Assembly (NCBI GenBank): GCA_036012755.1
Contig: DASCPX010000087.1
Span: 32,702 to 96,701 of the forward strand
From: Myxococcota bacterium
Lineage (GTDB): Bacteria > Myxococcota_A > UBA796 > CAJQPC01
DNA length: 64,000 nucleotides
Direction of reading: 5' to 3'
In this document: positions 38,494-47,190 of the stretch, in pieces
Numbering within the stretch: position 1 is the first letter of the stretch
How the letters are laid out: each line of letters begins with the position of its first letter
Notes under the pieces: generated by a model
What the model was told of the DNA's origin: nothing
The model's input: the letters and a program-made list of their open reading frames with translations, nothing else
The model's database searches: none
Translations under genes and position numbers: made by a program

Positions 38494-39858
38494 ATGGGTT
38501 CGATGATCGACTTCGAAGGTCTGGTCGACAAGCTCGGAGGCCTGGTCCTCGTGTGCGACGAGGACGGGCTGGTCGTCTGGGTGAACGACGACGCTCGCGA
38601 GTTCCTGGGCGAGGACTTCCACGAGCTCTGCGAGCACCCCCTGGACACCTGGCTGCGTGGACCCGACGGCTTCCTGTGGCCGGCGCTGGGCGAGGACAGC
38701 GGCGACCGTGTCCTGATGTACGAGGCCAACGGACGCTCCGAGCGCATGCGCGGCGACATCCGCTCATGCCCCGTCCAGGGCAAGATGGGCTGGGTCGCAC
38801 ACCTGCGGCTGGCGGCGGGACACACCGAGCGGCTGGAGGGACTCCAGGCCCTCTCGGGCACCATCGCGGCCCAGCTGGCTCGTCAGCTCAAGGCGATCAT
38901 CACCAGCGCCACGGAAGCGCTCATGCGCCAGCCGGACGACCCCGACGCCGAGTCCTTCCGCGCCATCCTCGACGCGGCGCAGGGGGCGGCGCTGCTGCAG
39001 AAGCAGCTGGCCGGGCTCGGTGGAGAGGCCGACCTCCGCTACATCTCGATGTCGCTGGGCTCGCTGGTGCAGGACAACACGCGCACCCTCCAGGCGGCGC
39101 TGGGTCGCAAGTACGCCCTCGTGGTCGACAACTGCGAGGCCGGCACCGGGGTCATCGAGGGGGACCCGCACGCCCTCGGCATAGTGCTCGTCGAGCTCGC
39201 CGAGTGGGTCGCGAACTACCACGGTGGACCAAGCGGCGGACTGCGCATCAGCCTCCACGACTCCAGCGACTCCACGGTGCGTCTGCAGCTGACGGACGAT
39301 GGCCAGGGACTCACCGCGACCCAGCGCGCGGCCCTGCACGATCCCTCGGGCCCGGGACTGGGACTGGCGATCGCCTTCGGCGTCGTGAACCAGCACAACG
39401 GCCGCATCCTGGTCGACTCTGTGCTCGGCCGCGGGACCACCTTCTACATAGAGTTCCCCACCGAGAGCGCCCAGGAGCCAGCCCCACCACGCCGCGGGAC
39501 CGAGACCATCCTGGTGGTCGAGGACGAAGAGGTCATCCGGCGCTGGGTCCAGGTGACCCTGGAGTCACTCGGCTACACGGTGCTGACGGCACGAAACGGG
39601 GTCGACGCAGCGGCGCTCTTGCGCGAGAAGCGTGACGAGTGCGACCTCCTCATCATCGACGCGGTGCTCCCCGGCATCAGCGGCCTGGAGCTCATCGCCG
39701 AGACCCGAGCCGCGGATCCCGACAAGAAGGTGCTCTTGATGACGGGCTACTCGGCCGACCTCGTCGGGAGCGAGGTGCTCGAGCTGGTGCCGCTGTTGGA
39801 GAAGCCCTTCACGCCCTCGGAGCTCGTGGACTTCGTGAACCAGATCCTGGACGGCTGA
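38494..39858 (+). CDS. PAS-HisKA-HATPase-REC hybrid protein with degenerate kinase core
   Basis: PAS-like N-terminus; DDGQG and GLGLAI G-boxes; GRGTTF; receiver ILVVEDE..IIDAVLPG..MTG..KPF. The H-box His is missing. Confidence 0.85.
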   Translation: MGSMIDFEGLVDKLGGLVLVCDEDGLVVWVNDDAREFLGEDFHELCEHPLDTWLRGPDGFLWPALGEDSGDRVLMYEANGRSERMRGDIRSCPVQGKMGWVAHLRLAAGHTERLEGLQALSGTIAAQLARQLKAIITSATEALMRQPDDPDAESFRAILDAAQGAALLQKQLAGLGGEADLRYISMSLGSLVQDNTRTLQAALGRKYALVVDNCEAGTGVIEGDPHALGIVLVELAEWVANYHGGPSGGLRISLHDSSDSTVRLQLTDDGQGLTATQRAALHDPSGPGLGLAIAFGVVNQHNGRILVDSVLGRGTTFYIEFPTESAQEPAPPRRGTETILVVEDEEVIRRWVQVTLESLGYTVLTARNGVDAAALLREKRDECDLLIIDAVLPGISGLELIAETRAADPDKKVLLMTGYSADLVGSEVLELVPLLEKPFTPSELVDFVNQILDG

Positions 39859-39868
39859 GGCCGCCGGG

Positions 39869-42800
39869 TCACCCTGAGTCCTCCCACTCGGGACGCATGA
39901 GCGCGCTGAGCCGGGCGACGTCCTCGAGCCCGTCCTCGCTCTCGGCGGCGGTGGTCTTGCCGGTGAGCGAGAAGACGATGCGATCGACGCTGACGTAGAG
40001 ACAGGGCACGACGATCAGCGTCAGGCCGGTGGCAAAGACGAGGCCCCAGCTGATCGAGGTGGCCATCGGGGACAAGAGCGGGTTCTCACCCCCGAGCCCC
40101 AGGCCCAGGGGCATCAGGCCGGCGATCGTCGTCACAGAGGTCAGGAAGATGGGCCGCATGCGCTCCCTGCCCGCGCTCACGACCGCCTCGATGAGCTCCA
40201 TGCCAGCTCGCCGCTTGCCGTTGATGAAGTCGACGAGCACCAGGCTGTCGTTCACGACGATGCCGGTCAGCGCCACGACGCCGATGCCGGCGAGCATGCC
40301 GAAGGGACTCTGGGTGACCAGCAGGCCCAGCACCACTCCGATGAAGCAGAAGGGCACGGCGACGAGCACCACCAGCGGCTGGGTGTAGCTGCGGAACTGG
40401 GCCGCCAGGATGGTGTAGATGAGCAAAGCCGCGATCCAGAAGGCCTGGAACAGGGACGTGAAGCTGTCCTGGGTGCCGCTGAACTCGCCGCCGAAGTCGT
40501 AGGTGTAGCCAGGGGGCGCCTCACCGATGGCAGCGCGCAGGGCGGTGTTGACCTCGACGCTGGTCGTGACCGCGGGATCGACGTCGGCGGAGACCTGCAC
40601 CTTTCGGACCCGGTCCTTGTGGCGAATCACGGACCAGCCGCGGTCCTCGTCGATCGTGGCCAGCTCTGACAGGGGCACGAAGCCCGCTGAGGTCGGGATG
40701 CCGAGCGAGCCCAGAGCTCCGATCCCGTCCAGCTCGGCGTAGCGCACCCGGATCTCGACGGGGGTCGAGCCCTGGCGAATCGACGTGGCGATGCCGCCGG
40801 TGAGCGACAGTCGGATCGCCCCGGCCACATCGGCGACCGTCAGTCCGTGGCGGGCGGCCTTCACCGGGTCGATGTGGACCCGCAGCTCGCGCTTGCCGGG
40901 GTCGAGGTCGCTGCCGAGGTCCTCGACCCCGGGGATCGCGGCGGCGCTGGCCATCATCTGGCTGGCCAGTTCCTCGAGCCGGTGGAAGTCGTTTCCGCGG
41001 ATCTCAACGGCCACGGGCTTTCCAGCCGGAGGGGCCTGCTGGAGCGCCGTGACCTGAACCGCGACGGGCCCGGGGACATCGGCGACGGCCTCTCGCAGCG
41101 CGGCGGCGACCCGGTCGGCCCGGTAGTCCCGTGTCTGCCAGGGCTCGAGGTCCAGGACCACCTGTCCGACGTGGCTGCCGACCTTCGGGAAGCCGTCGGT
41201 GCGCCGGTAGCCGGACTCGACCAAAGAGGTCCGGAGCATCTCCGCTGGTACGGCCTCGACCGCGGCCACCTCGATCGCACCCAGCACGGCCTCCGTCGTC
41301 TCCATGTTCGTGCCCACGGGGAGGTCGACGCGCACGTCCACGATGTCCGCGTCGACGTCCGTGAACATCACGAGGTCCAGCGTGGCGACCCCCAGCCCGA
41401 CGGAGGCGACGCTGAGCATCAGGACGCCGCAGATGATCACGACCCGGTGGCCAAGGGACCAACGGAGCATGCGCTCGTAGCGGGCCCGCATGGCCAGCAC
41501 CCAGCCGGGGGTCTGGCGCTTGGGCACGGCCCCCCAGTCGGCGAGGTGGCTGGGCAGGACGAAGAGGGCCTCGATCAGCGAGGCCACCAACACGGCGGCG
41601 ACGACCTTGGGGATGATCGAGAAGAACTTGCCCATCACGCCGGTCATCACGAGCAGAGGCAGGAAAGCGCTGACAGTGGTGAGGGTCGCGGCGACGACGG
41701 GGACCGCGACCTGGGCGGTCCCTACGACCGCGGCCACGTGCAGTGGATGGCCTCGCTCGGCGTAGCGGACGACGTTCTCGATGACGACGATGGCGTCGTC
41801 GACGACGATGCCGAGCACGATGATCAGCGAGAACAGGCTGAGCATGTTGATGGTGATGCCCAGCGCCACCATCACGAGGACGCCCCCCGCCAGCGCGACC
41901 GGGAGCCCGATGCTGGCCATCGCGGCGTTGCGCGGACCGAGGGAGAAGCCGAGCAACAGGCTGACGAGGACCAGGCCCATCAGTCCGTTGGCGTAGAGAT
42001 CCCCGAGCACCTGCTCCAGCCCCCGCGACGCGTCGGCGTGCAGGCTGAGGCTGACCCCGGGGGGAAGGTCCTCGGAGAAGCGCTCGACGACCTTTTCGAC
42101 GCCATCGACCATGCGGATGAGATCCCCCTCGCGGGTCTTCATGACCGTGAGCAGGACCGCTCGCTCACCATCGACCCATGCGTTCGAGCGAGCCGGGGCG
42201 AAGTCGTCAGCGACCCTCGCCACCTCGCCGAGGCGAAGGACCGAGCCGTCCGGACCGACCCGCAAGACGACGTCCTCGACGGAAGCCGCGCCGGTCTGGC
42301 GCTGATCCACGCGGACGAGGAACTCCTGGCGACCGGCGTCCAGCGAGCCCGCCGGCAACCCGATGCTGCTGCGATCGATGGCCTCGACGATCCAGGGCAG
42401 CGGCAAGCCCAGGGCCTCGGCGCGAGCCCTGTCGACCTCGACGAGGACCTCTGGATCGGAGAGCCCCGAGACGAGGACCTCGCTGGCCCCGTCGACGGAA
42501 GAGAGCTCGTCCTGGAGGGCGTCCGCCAGGGGTTTCAACCTGGACAGATCCGACCCTCGAATCGCCACCTGGATGGCCGGGAAGTCCCGCGTCCACTTGA
42601 TGGTGACCGGTGCCTCGGCGTCCTCTGGGAGCTCGGCCCGGTCGACCGCCTGGGCCAGCTGCATCGTGGCCCGATCGAGATCGGGCACGTCGGTGTCGAA
42701 GGCGAGCCAGACCTCGGCGTAGTTCTCTCGCGCGGTGGACTCGACCGACTCGAGGTAGGGGATGTCGCCGATCTCGTCCTCGATGGGGTCGACGATGAGC

Positions 42801-42982
42801 GCCTCGATCTCGGCCGGGGTCGCCCCGGGCCACACGACAGTGGTGTAGGCCCAGCGGGCCTCGACCTCTGGCAGCTCCTCCCGGGTCATCGTGGAGAAGG
42901 CGAAGATCCCGCCCACGCTGAGCACGATGGCCAGCAGGTTGACCAACACGGGCTGTCGGACGGCGAAGCGTGCGAGGAACAT
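39869..42982 (-). CDS. RND efflux transporter permease (AcrB/AcrD/AcrF family)
   Basis: 1037 aa; GIVVDDAIVVIEN, GIVVNDSLVLVD, RMRPIFLTSVTT. Confidence 0.95.
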   Translation of the reverse strand: MFLARFAVRQPVLVNLLAIVLSVGGIFAFSTMTREELPEVEARWAYTTVVWPGATPAEIEALIVDPIEDEIGDIPYLESVESTARENYAEVWLAFDTDVPDLDRATMQLAQAVDRAELPEDAEAPVTIKWTRDFPAIQVAIRGSDLSRLKPLADALQDELSSVDGASEVLVSGLSDPEVLVEVDRARAEALGLPLPWIVEAIDRSSIGLPAGSLDAGRQEFLVRVDQRQTGAASVEDVVLRVGPDGSVLRLGEVARVADDFAPARSNAWVDGERAVLLTVMKTREGDLIRMVDGVEKVVERFSEDLPPGVSLSLHADASRGLEQVLGDLYANGLMGLVLVSLLLGFSLGPRNAAMASIGLPVALAGGVLVMVALGITINMLSLFSLIIVLGIVVDDAIVVIENVVRYAERGHPLHVAAVVGTAQVAVPVVAATLTTVSAFLPLLVMTGVMGKFFSIIPKVVAAVLVASLIEALFVLPSHLADWGAVPKRQTPGWVLAMRARYERMLRWSLGHRVVIICGVLMLSVASVGLGVATLDLVMFTDVDADIVDVRVDLPVGTNMETTEAVLGAIEVAAVEAVPAEMLRTSLVESGYRRTDGFPKVGSHVGQVVLDLEPWQTRDYRADRVAAALREAVADVPGPVAVQVTALQQAPPAGKPVAVEIRGNDFHRLEELASQMMASAAAIPGVEDLGSDLDPGKRELRVHIDPVKAARHGLTVADVAGAIRLSLTGGIATSIRQGSTPVEIRVRYAELDGIGALGSLGIPTSAGFVPLSELATIDEDRGWSVIRHKDRVRKVQVSADVDPAVTTSVEVNTALRAAIGEAPPGYTYDFGGEFSGTQDSFTSLFQAFWIAALLIYTILAAQFRSYTQPLVVLVAVPFCFIGVVLGLLVTQSPFGMLAGIGVVALTGIVVNDSLVLVDFINGKRRAGMELIEAVVSAGRERMRPIFLTSVTTIAGLMPLGLGLGGENPLLSPMATSISWGLVFATGLTLIVVPCLYVSVDRIVFSLTGKTTAAESEDGLEDVARLSALMRPEWEDSG

Positions 42983-43992
42983 CAGTCCACGACGAGCACC
43001 GGGCTGCCTTCGCGGAGCGAATCGCCGCCCACTGTCACGACGATCTCCCCGGCGCTGAGCCCGTCTGTGACCTCGACCTCGTCCCCGGACGTGGCGCCGA
43101 GCTCGACGGCCCGGAGCGAGGCGACGCCATCCGAGACGACGAAGACCGAGGCCTGTCCGAAGCGCTCGGAGGTAGCGTCCCGGGGCAACACGAGCGCCTC
43201 GCGCGAGCCGGTCTCGAGGAGCACCGTAGCGCTGGCGTTCGGCAAGGCATCACCTGGCTCGACGAGGATCTCGACCGGGACGGCGCCGGTGGCCCGATCG
43301 AGCTCTGGAGCGATGGTCCCGACGTGGCCGGAGAGGACCCCGGCGTCGGTGTGGATCTCTGCGCTGTCACCGACACTGAGCGAGCGAGCGAGCGCCCACG
43401 GCAGGCCGATGTCGACCTGGAGAGCCGACGTGTCGGCGAGGTTGGCGACTGGCGTTCCCGCGGAGATCACCTGGCCGAGGTCCACGATGCGGCGGGTCAG
43501 GGTGCCGGCGAAGGGAGCACGCACGGACATGTCCGCGAGCTGACGCCTGGCGCTGGCCAGGTTGGCCTCCGCGGCGAGCACGTCGGCGGCGGCGACCTGG
43601 GAGGCGAGGCGGGCGTCGTCGAGCTGGGCCTGGGAGAGGTCCCCCTCCAGCGCCATCGCGCGGTCGAGCTGCGCTCGTGCCTGGGCCTGGACCGCCTCTG
43701 CCTTCGCGAGCGTCGCCTCTGCCGCCTGCACGCCGATGGCCTGGCGACCGCTCTCGAGGCGCACGAGCGGAGCCCCGCGCTGGACCTCCTCGCCCACCGC
43801 CACCGGGAGGCCGGACACCCGCCCGGAGGCTTCGCTGAGCACGGTCACCTGGTTGTCCGCCCGCAACACGCCGTTGGCTTCGATGGGCTCGGAGAAAGGC
43901 GACAGGCCGACGGTGACGACCTCGACGGGCACGGCTTGCACCGACGCCGCTTCGGTCTCGGGCTGGCCACATGCGAGCAGGACGAGGAGCAC
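42982..43992 (-). CDS. RND efflux periplasmic adaptor (MFP) lipoprotein
   Basis: LLAC; SEASGRV..VGEEVQRGAPL, helical hairpin, VRAPFAG, VELG..EVTDGLSAGEIVV. Confidence 0.92.
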   Translation of the reverse strand: MLLVLLACGQPETEAASVQAVPVEVVTVGLSPFSEPIEANGVLRADNQVTVLSEASGRVSGLPVAVGEEVQRGAPLVRLESGRQAIGVQAAEATLAKAEAVQAQARAQLDRAMALEGDLSQAQLDDARLASQVAAADVLAAEANLASARRQLADMSVRAPFAGTLTRRIVDLGQVISAGTPVANLADTSALQVDIGLPWALARSLSVGDSAEIHTDAGVLSGHVGTIAPELDRATGAVPVEILVEPGDALPNASATVLLETGSREALVLPRDATSERFGQASVFVVSDGVASLRAVELGATSGDEVEVTDGLSAGEIVVTVGGDSLREGSPVLVVD

Positions 43993-44011
43993 GAGGATCC
44001 CTATCCGATCC

Positions 44012-44536
44012 TCACCACCGGGCGTCGACCCTGGCGAGTCCCAGGTGGAGCTCGTAGGCCCGCTTGTTGGAACGGATCTGCACGAAGCTGCCGGCGTACG
44101 CCGCCGCGAGGGCCCCGTAGGCCGGCACGGCGACCACGCCGTAGGGCAGGTCCGTCTCGTCGATCACCGGCATCAGGAGCGCGCAGCCATAGAAGGTCGC
44201 CACGCCGACCAGGCCCACGATGGCCGGGACGTTGGAGACATCCACACCGCCAGCTCGCAGGCTGCGGGCCGCTCGCCAGGCGAAGATCGAGCTGCTGGTC
44301 GTTCCACCGATCATCGAGACCGTGCCAATGGCAGCGAAGGGCATGACCGCCACGGTCACGACCTGGTCGCCGTCGCTGGCGATGATCGGCACGACGCTCG
44401 CGGTGACGAGCCCCAGGCCGCCTGCGGCTGAGTAGAAGCCCAGGCGCGCCAGCTTCTGCTGCCGGTCGTAGTCGGCCTCCCACGCCGGAGCCTCCGCCGC
44501 GAGCGCGGTCCCAAGCGCGAGGATCAGCGAGACCAT
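44012..44536 (-). CDS. Hypothetical membrane protein
   Basis: Signal ALA-AE followed by 3-4 hydrophobic segments; GGAGG upstream. Confidence 0.65.
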   Translation of the reverse strand: MVSLILALGTALAAEAPAWEADYDRQQKLARLGFYSAAGGLGLVTASVVPIIASDGDQVVTVAVMPFAAIGTVSMIGGTTSSSIFAWRAARSLRAGGVDVSNVPAIVGLVGVATFYGCALLMPVIDETDLPYGVVAVPAYGALAAAYAGSFVQIRSNKRAYELHLGLARVDARW

Positions 44537-44559
44537 CCGAGGTTCCTCCCCAGCCCGAA

Positions 44560-44967
44560 CTAGAACTCCGAGATGGCCATGTTCCCGGCCATGTAGCCCC
44601 CGGTCAGGTAGGTGGTCTCGATGTTCCAGCCGGAGCGTCCGAGGGCGGCGACGGCACCGAAGCGCAGGGCTGGCGACCACGTCATGCGGCTGTCCATACG
44701 GGCGCCGGCTCCCACGACGAAGCGCATCCAGGCCCAACCGGGGCGGCAGTTGAGCGAGGGTGTGAAGGCGAGGCCAGGGGGTCCGGTTCCGATGTCGCCG
44801 CGGGCGGAGACCGCACCATGGAGCGTGAGGCGGCCCCTCGCGAAGACATAGGCAGCGTGGCCTCCGGCCCCCACGTCGATCCCGACGCCCTCTGTGAACA
44901 GGGGACCGACGACCACCGAATGGGCCAGAGGCTGGTCATTGGCGGAGGCCAGAGCGAGGGAGAGCAA
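44560..44967 (-). CDS. Hypothetical small exported beta-barrel-like protein
   Basis: Short signal, alternating beta-strand pattern, C-terminal Phe. Confidence 0.5.
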   Translation of the reverse strand: MLSLALASANDQPLAHSVVVGPLFTEGVGIDVGAGGHAAYVFARGRLTLHGAVSARGDIGTGPPGLAFTPSLNCRPGWAWMRFVVGAGARMDSRMTWSPALRFGAVAALGRSGWNIETTYLTGGYMAGNMAISEF

Positions 44968-44983
44968 TCACATGCCGGCGAGT

Positions 44984-45448
44984 CTACCCCTGCGCCTGCC
45001 ACCCCATCATCGCGAGCCAGGCCGCGCCGGCCAGAGCGCCCGTGCAGAGCGAGGCGACAAGCACCTGCTTCGCGGCGAAGGGTCGCTCCGCGCGCCAGGC
45101 CAACCACAGGGCGAGGCCGAACAGCGGCGTCAACACGAGGTTCACCGCGACGACGCCGATCAGCTTGCCGAGGGCCAGCTCCTCGTCGGGATCCCGGGGC
45201 ACCTCGCGCGTCGATGGGGTCGGGGACAGGTGGGCCCGGGCGCGCTCCAGCAGCTCGGGGGGCGGGTCGATGGGGTCTCCGATGATGATGCGCTCGGCCG
45301 CATCTTCGAGCTCCTTGTCGCTGAGGTGGTGGGACGACAGCAGGTAGGCGTGGAGCCGCTCCTCACCGGTCGGGCGGTGGCCGCAAGCAGCGCAGGACAC
45401 CATCGGTCGTTCCTTGTGGGCCCCACAGCGGCTGCAGATCGCCGTCAC
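44984..45448 (-). CDS. Zinc-ribbon membrane protein
   Basis: ICSRCG...CAACG; C-terminal TM helices; GTGA overlap with the upstream stop. Confidence 0.7.
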   Translation of the reverse strand: MTAICSRCGAHKERPMVSCAACGHRPTGEERLHAYLLSSHHLSDKELEDAAERIIIGDPIDPPPELLERARAHLSPTPSTREVPRDPDEELALGKLIGVVAVNLVLTPLFGLALWLAWRAERPFAAKQVLVASLCTGALAGAAWLAMMGWQAQG

Positions 45449-46410
45449 CGCGGGAGCACCGGGACGGGCCGCTCCTCCTCGGGTCCCGGCCCTTCGACCG
45501 ACAGCGTCGGGTTCGGCTCGCCGAAGAGCCAGATCTGCTCCAGCGGCGAGCCCGCGGCCTCGACCTGCTGAACGAGCCAGTTGCGCACGGCTCGGGGGCG
45601 CTCCGTCTCGGCGGTCGGGTTCTGCAGCGCGATGATCTCGGCCGGATCGAGGTGCACCGCCTGGCAGAGCCCGACCCCTGCCCTCGCGTCGGGCCCCCAC
45701 GCCCTCAGCGGAACGATGTCGGGACCGAGGGCCAAGAACCCCTCCTCGCCAGCGTCCACGACGTGCAGCTCCGGCAGCGACCACGGCGGCTTGAGCAGGG
45801 CCTGCTTCATCGCCTCCAGCGCAGCCCTGCGTCCAGGCTCGTGGCTCCGGTCTGCTCGACGGACGGCGGGCGGGTTCTGATCGCCGTTGTTCCAGGCGGA
45901 TCCTCGCTGCTCCAGCAGGGCCAGGAACTCGGGCAACCACGGGCGGTCGTCGTCGAGGTTCAGGTCACCGAGGCGCACGGTCAACCTGGAGGGGGCGCAG
46001 ATCCTGAAGTCGTTGGTGAAGACCCAGCCCAGGGACAAGACCAGCGGTGCGCCGATGGCGTCGACGAGCTCCGGATCCCGCACCGCCAGCTCGCGCAGCT
46101 TGCCGAACAGGGGCGGATCGAGCTCGATGTCGAGGCGGACCTTCAGCGTACGGTCGCGACCCAGGCGCGCTCGCATGGCCTCTGGGTCCTCGATGTGGAC
46201 CTGGCCATCATCGAATGTCGCCCGGATGTCCATCATCCGAAAGGCCCGGCAGTCCCCCGGGGTCAGGGAGTGGAGCGCCAGGGCCAGCGCCTCGAACAAG
46301 GCCTGGCGAGCGCGAGGGGGTCCTCCGACCCTGACGACACGCCCAAGGTCCTCGACCCGCAGCTCCTGCAGGCCGCTCATGCCTCGCACGCCGAGTCCGC
46401 GGATGATCAC
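45445..46410 (-). CDS. Degenerate ABC-type (OLD/RecF/AAA_21-like) ATPase
   Basis: N-terminal MIIRGLGVRGMSGLQELRV..VRVGGPPRARQALFEAL and C-terminal PLRAWG..IIALQNP..QIWLF mimic the fold, with catalytic residues replaced; GAAGGAAG upstream. Confidence 0.55.
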   Translation of the reverse strand: MIIRGLGVRGMSGLQELRVEDLGRVVRVGGPPRARQALFEALALALHSLTPGDCRAFRMMDIRATFDDGQVHIEDPEAMRARLGRDRTLKVRLDIELDPPLFGKLRELAVRDPELVDAIGAPLVLSLGWVFTNDFRICAPSRLTVRLGDLNLDDDRPWLPEFLALLEQRGSAWNNGDQNPPAVRRADRSHEPGRRAALEAMKQALLKPPWSLPELHVVDAGEEGFLALGPDIVPLRAWGPDARAGVGLCQAVHLDPAEIIALQNPTAETERPRAVRNWLVQQVEAAGSPLEQIWLFGEPNPTLSVEGPGPEEERPVPVLPR

Positions 46411-46482
46411 GACAGCACTTCCTTCAAGGTGGGACCTCGCTGATCCGATTCACCGATCGACTACGTCCTTGGAGATAGTCCC

Positions 46483-47160
46483 ATGAGCGCCGCGGTGACC
46501 GAGATCCCTCCGCTGTGGCTCCGCCGACCCTCAGAGGTCGCGGCCCACCTGGAGTTCGCCTCCGCCCAGATCAAGGCCTGCGTGCTGTCGGTGGGCGGCT
46601 ACCAGGTCTTTGGCTGGATGAGCTTCGACGGCGACCAGCTCGTCTTCGCAGTCCACGAGCGCCTGGAGGGGCTCGTCTCGGCGCCGCGCGCCGGCCAGCC
46701 GGTGGAGCTCGCCTACGAGGCGAAGGCGGACCGGTACCAGTTCCTGACCTCCGTCGACGACATCATGGGTCCGATGCACTGGATCCTCCAGACTCCGAAC
46801 ACCATCGAGCGCCACGACAAGCGCGTCGATCGGCGCATAAGCGTGGTCGACCAAGCTGGCTTCAACCTCGAGATCGAGCACACGGACGGCAGCTCGACCA
46901 TCGTCCCGCTCTACGACCTCTCGGCGGGCGGCTTCGCGTTCCTGTTCTCCCCAGATGACCGCGCCTGGAGCGCTGGCCAGATGGCCACCGGCGTGCTCCA
47001 CATCGCAGAGCTCGGCGCGCTGGTCGTCCAGGTCGAGATCCGACACGTGCGCGACCTCCGCCCGGATCGACAGCGTCATGCCGCCGGCACCCGCCTGCGC
47101 CGCATCAGCTACTCGGATCGCATGGCGCTGACCCGCTTCATTGCGGCCTGGCAGAAGTAG
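46483..47160 (+). CDS. PilZ domain protein (YcgR-like architecture)
   Basis: KRVDRR (RxxxR) and DLSAGG (DxSxxG) c-di-GMP motifs. Confidence 0.85.
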   Translation: MSAAVTEIPPLWLRRPSEVAAHLEFASAQIKACVLSVGGYQVFGWMSFDGDQLVFAVHERLEGLVSAPRAGQPVELAYEAKADRYQFLTSVDDIMGPMHWILQTPNTIERHDKRVDRRISVVDQAGFNLEIEHTDGSSTIVPLYDLSAGGFAFLFSPDDRAWSAGQMATGVLHIAELGALVVQVEIRHVRDLRPDRQRHAAGTRLRRISYSDRMALTRFIAAWQK

Positions 47161-47190
47161 GGAGCAGGATCAGCCCGTACAAGGGGTCAG

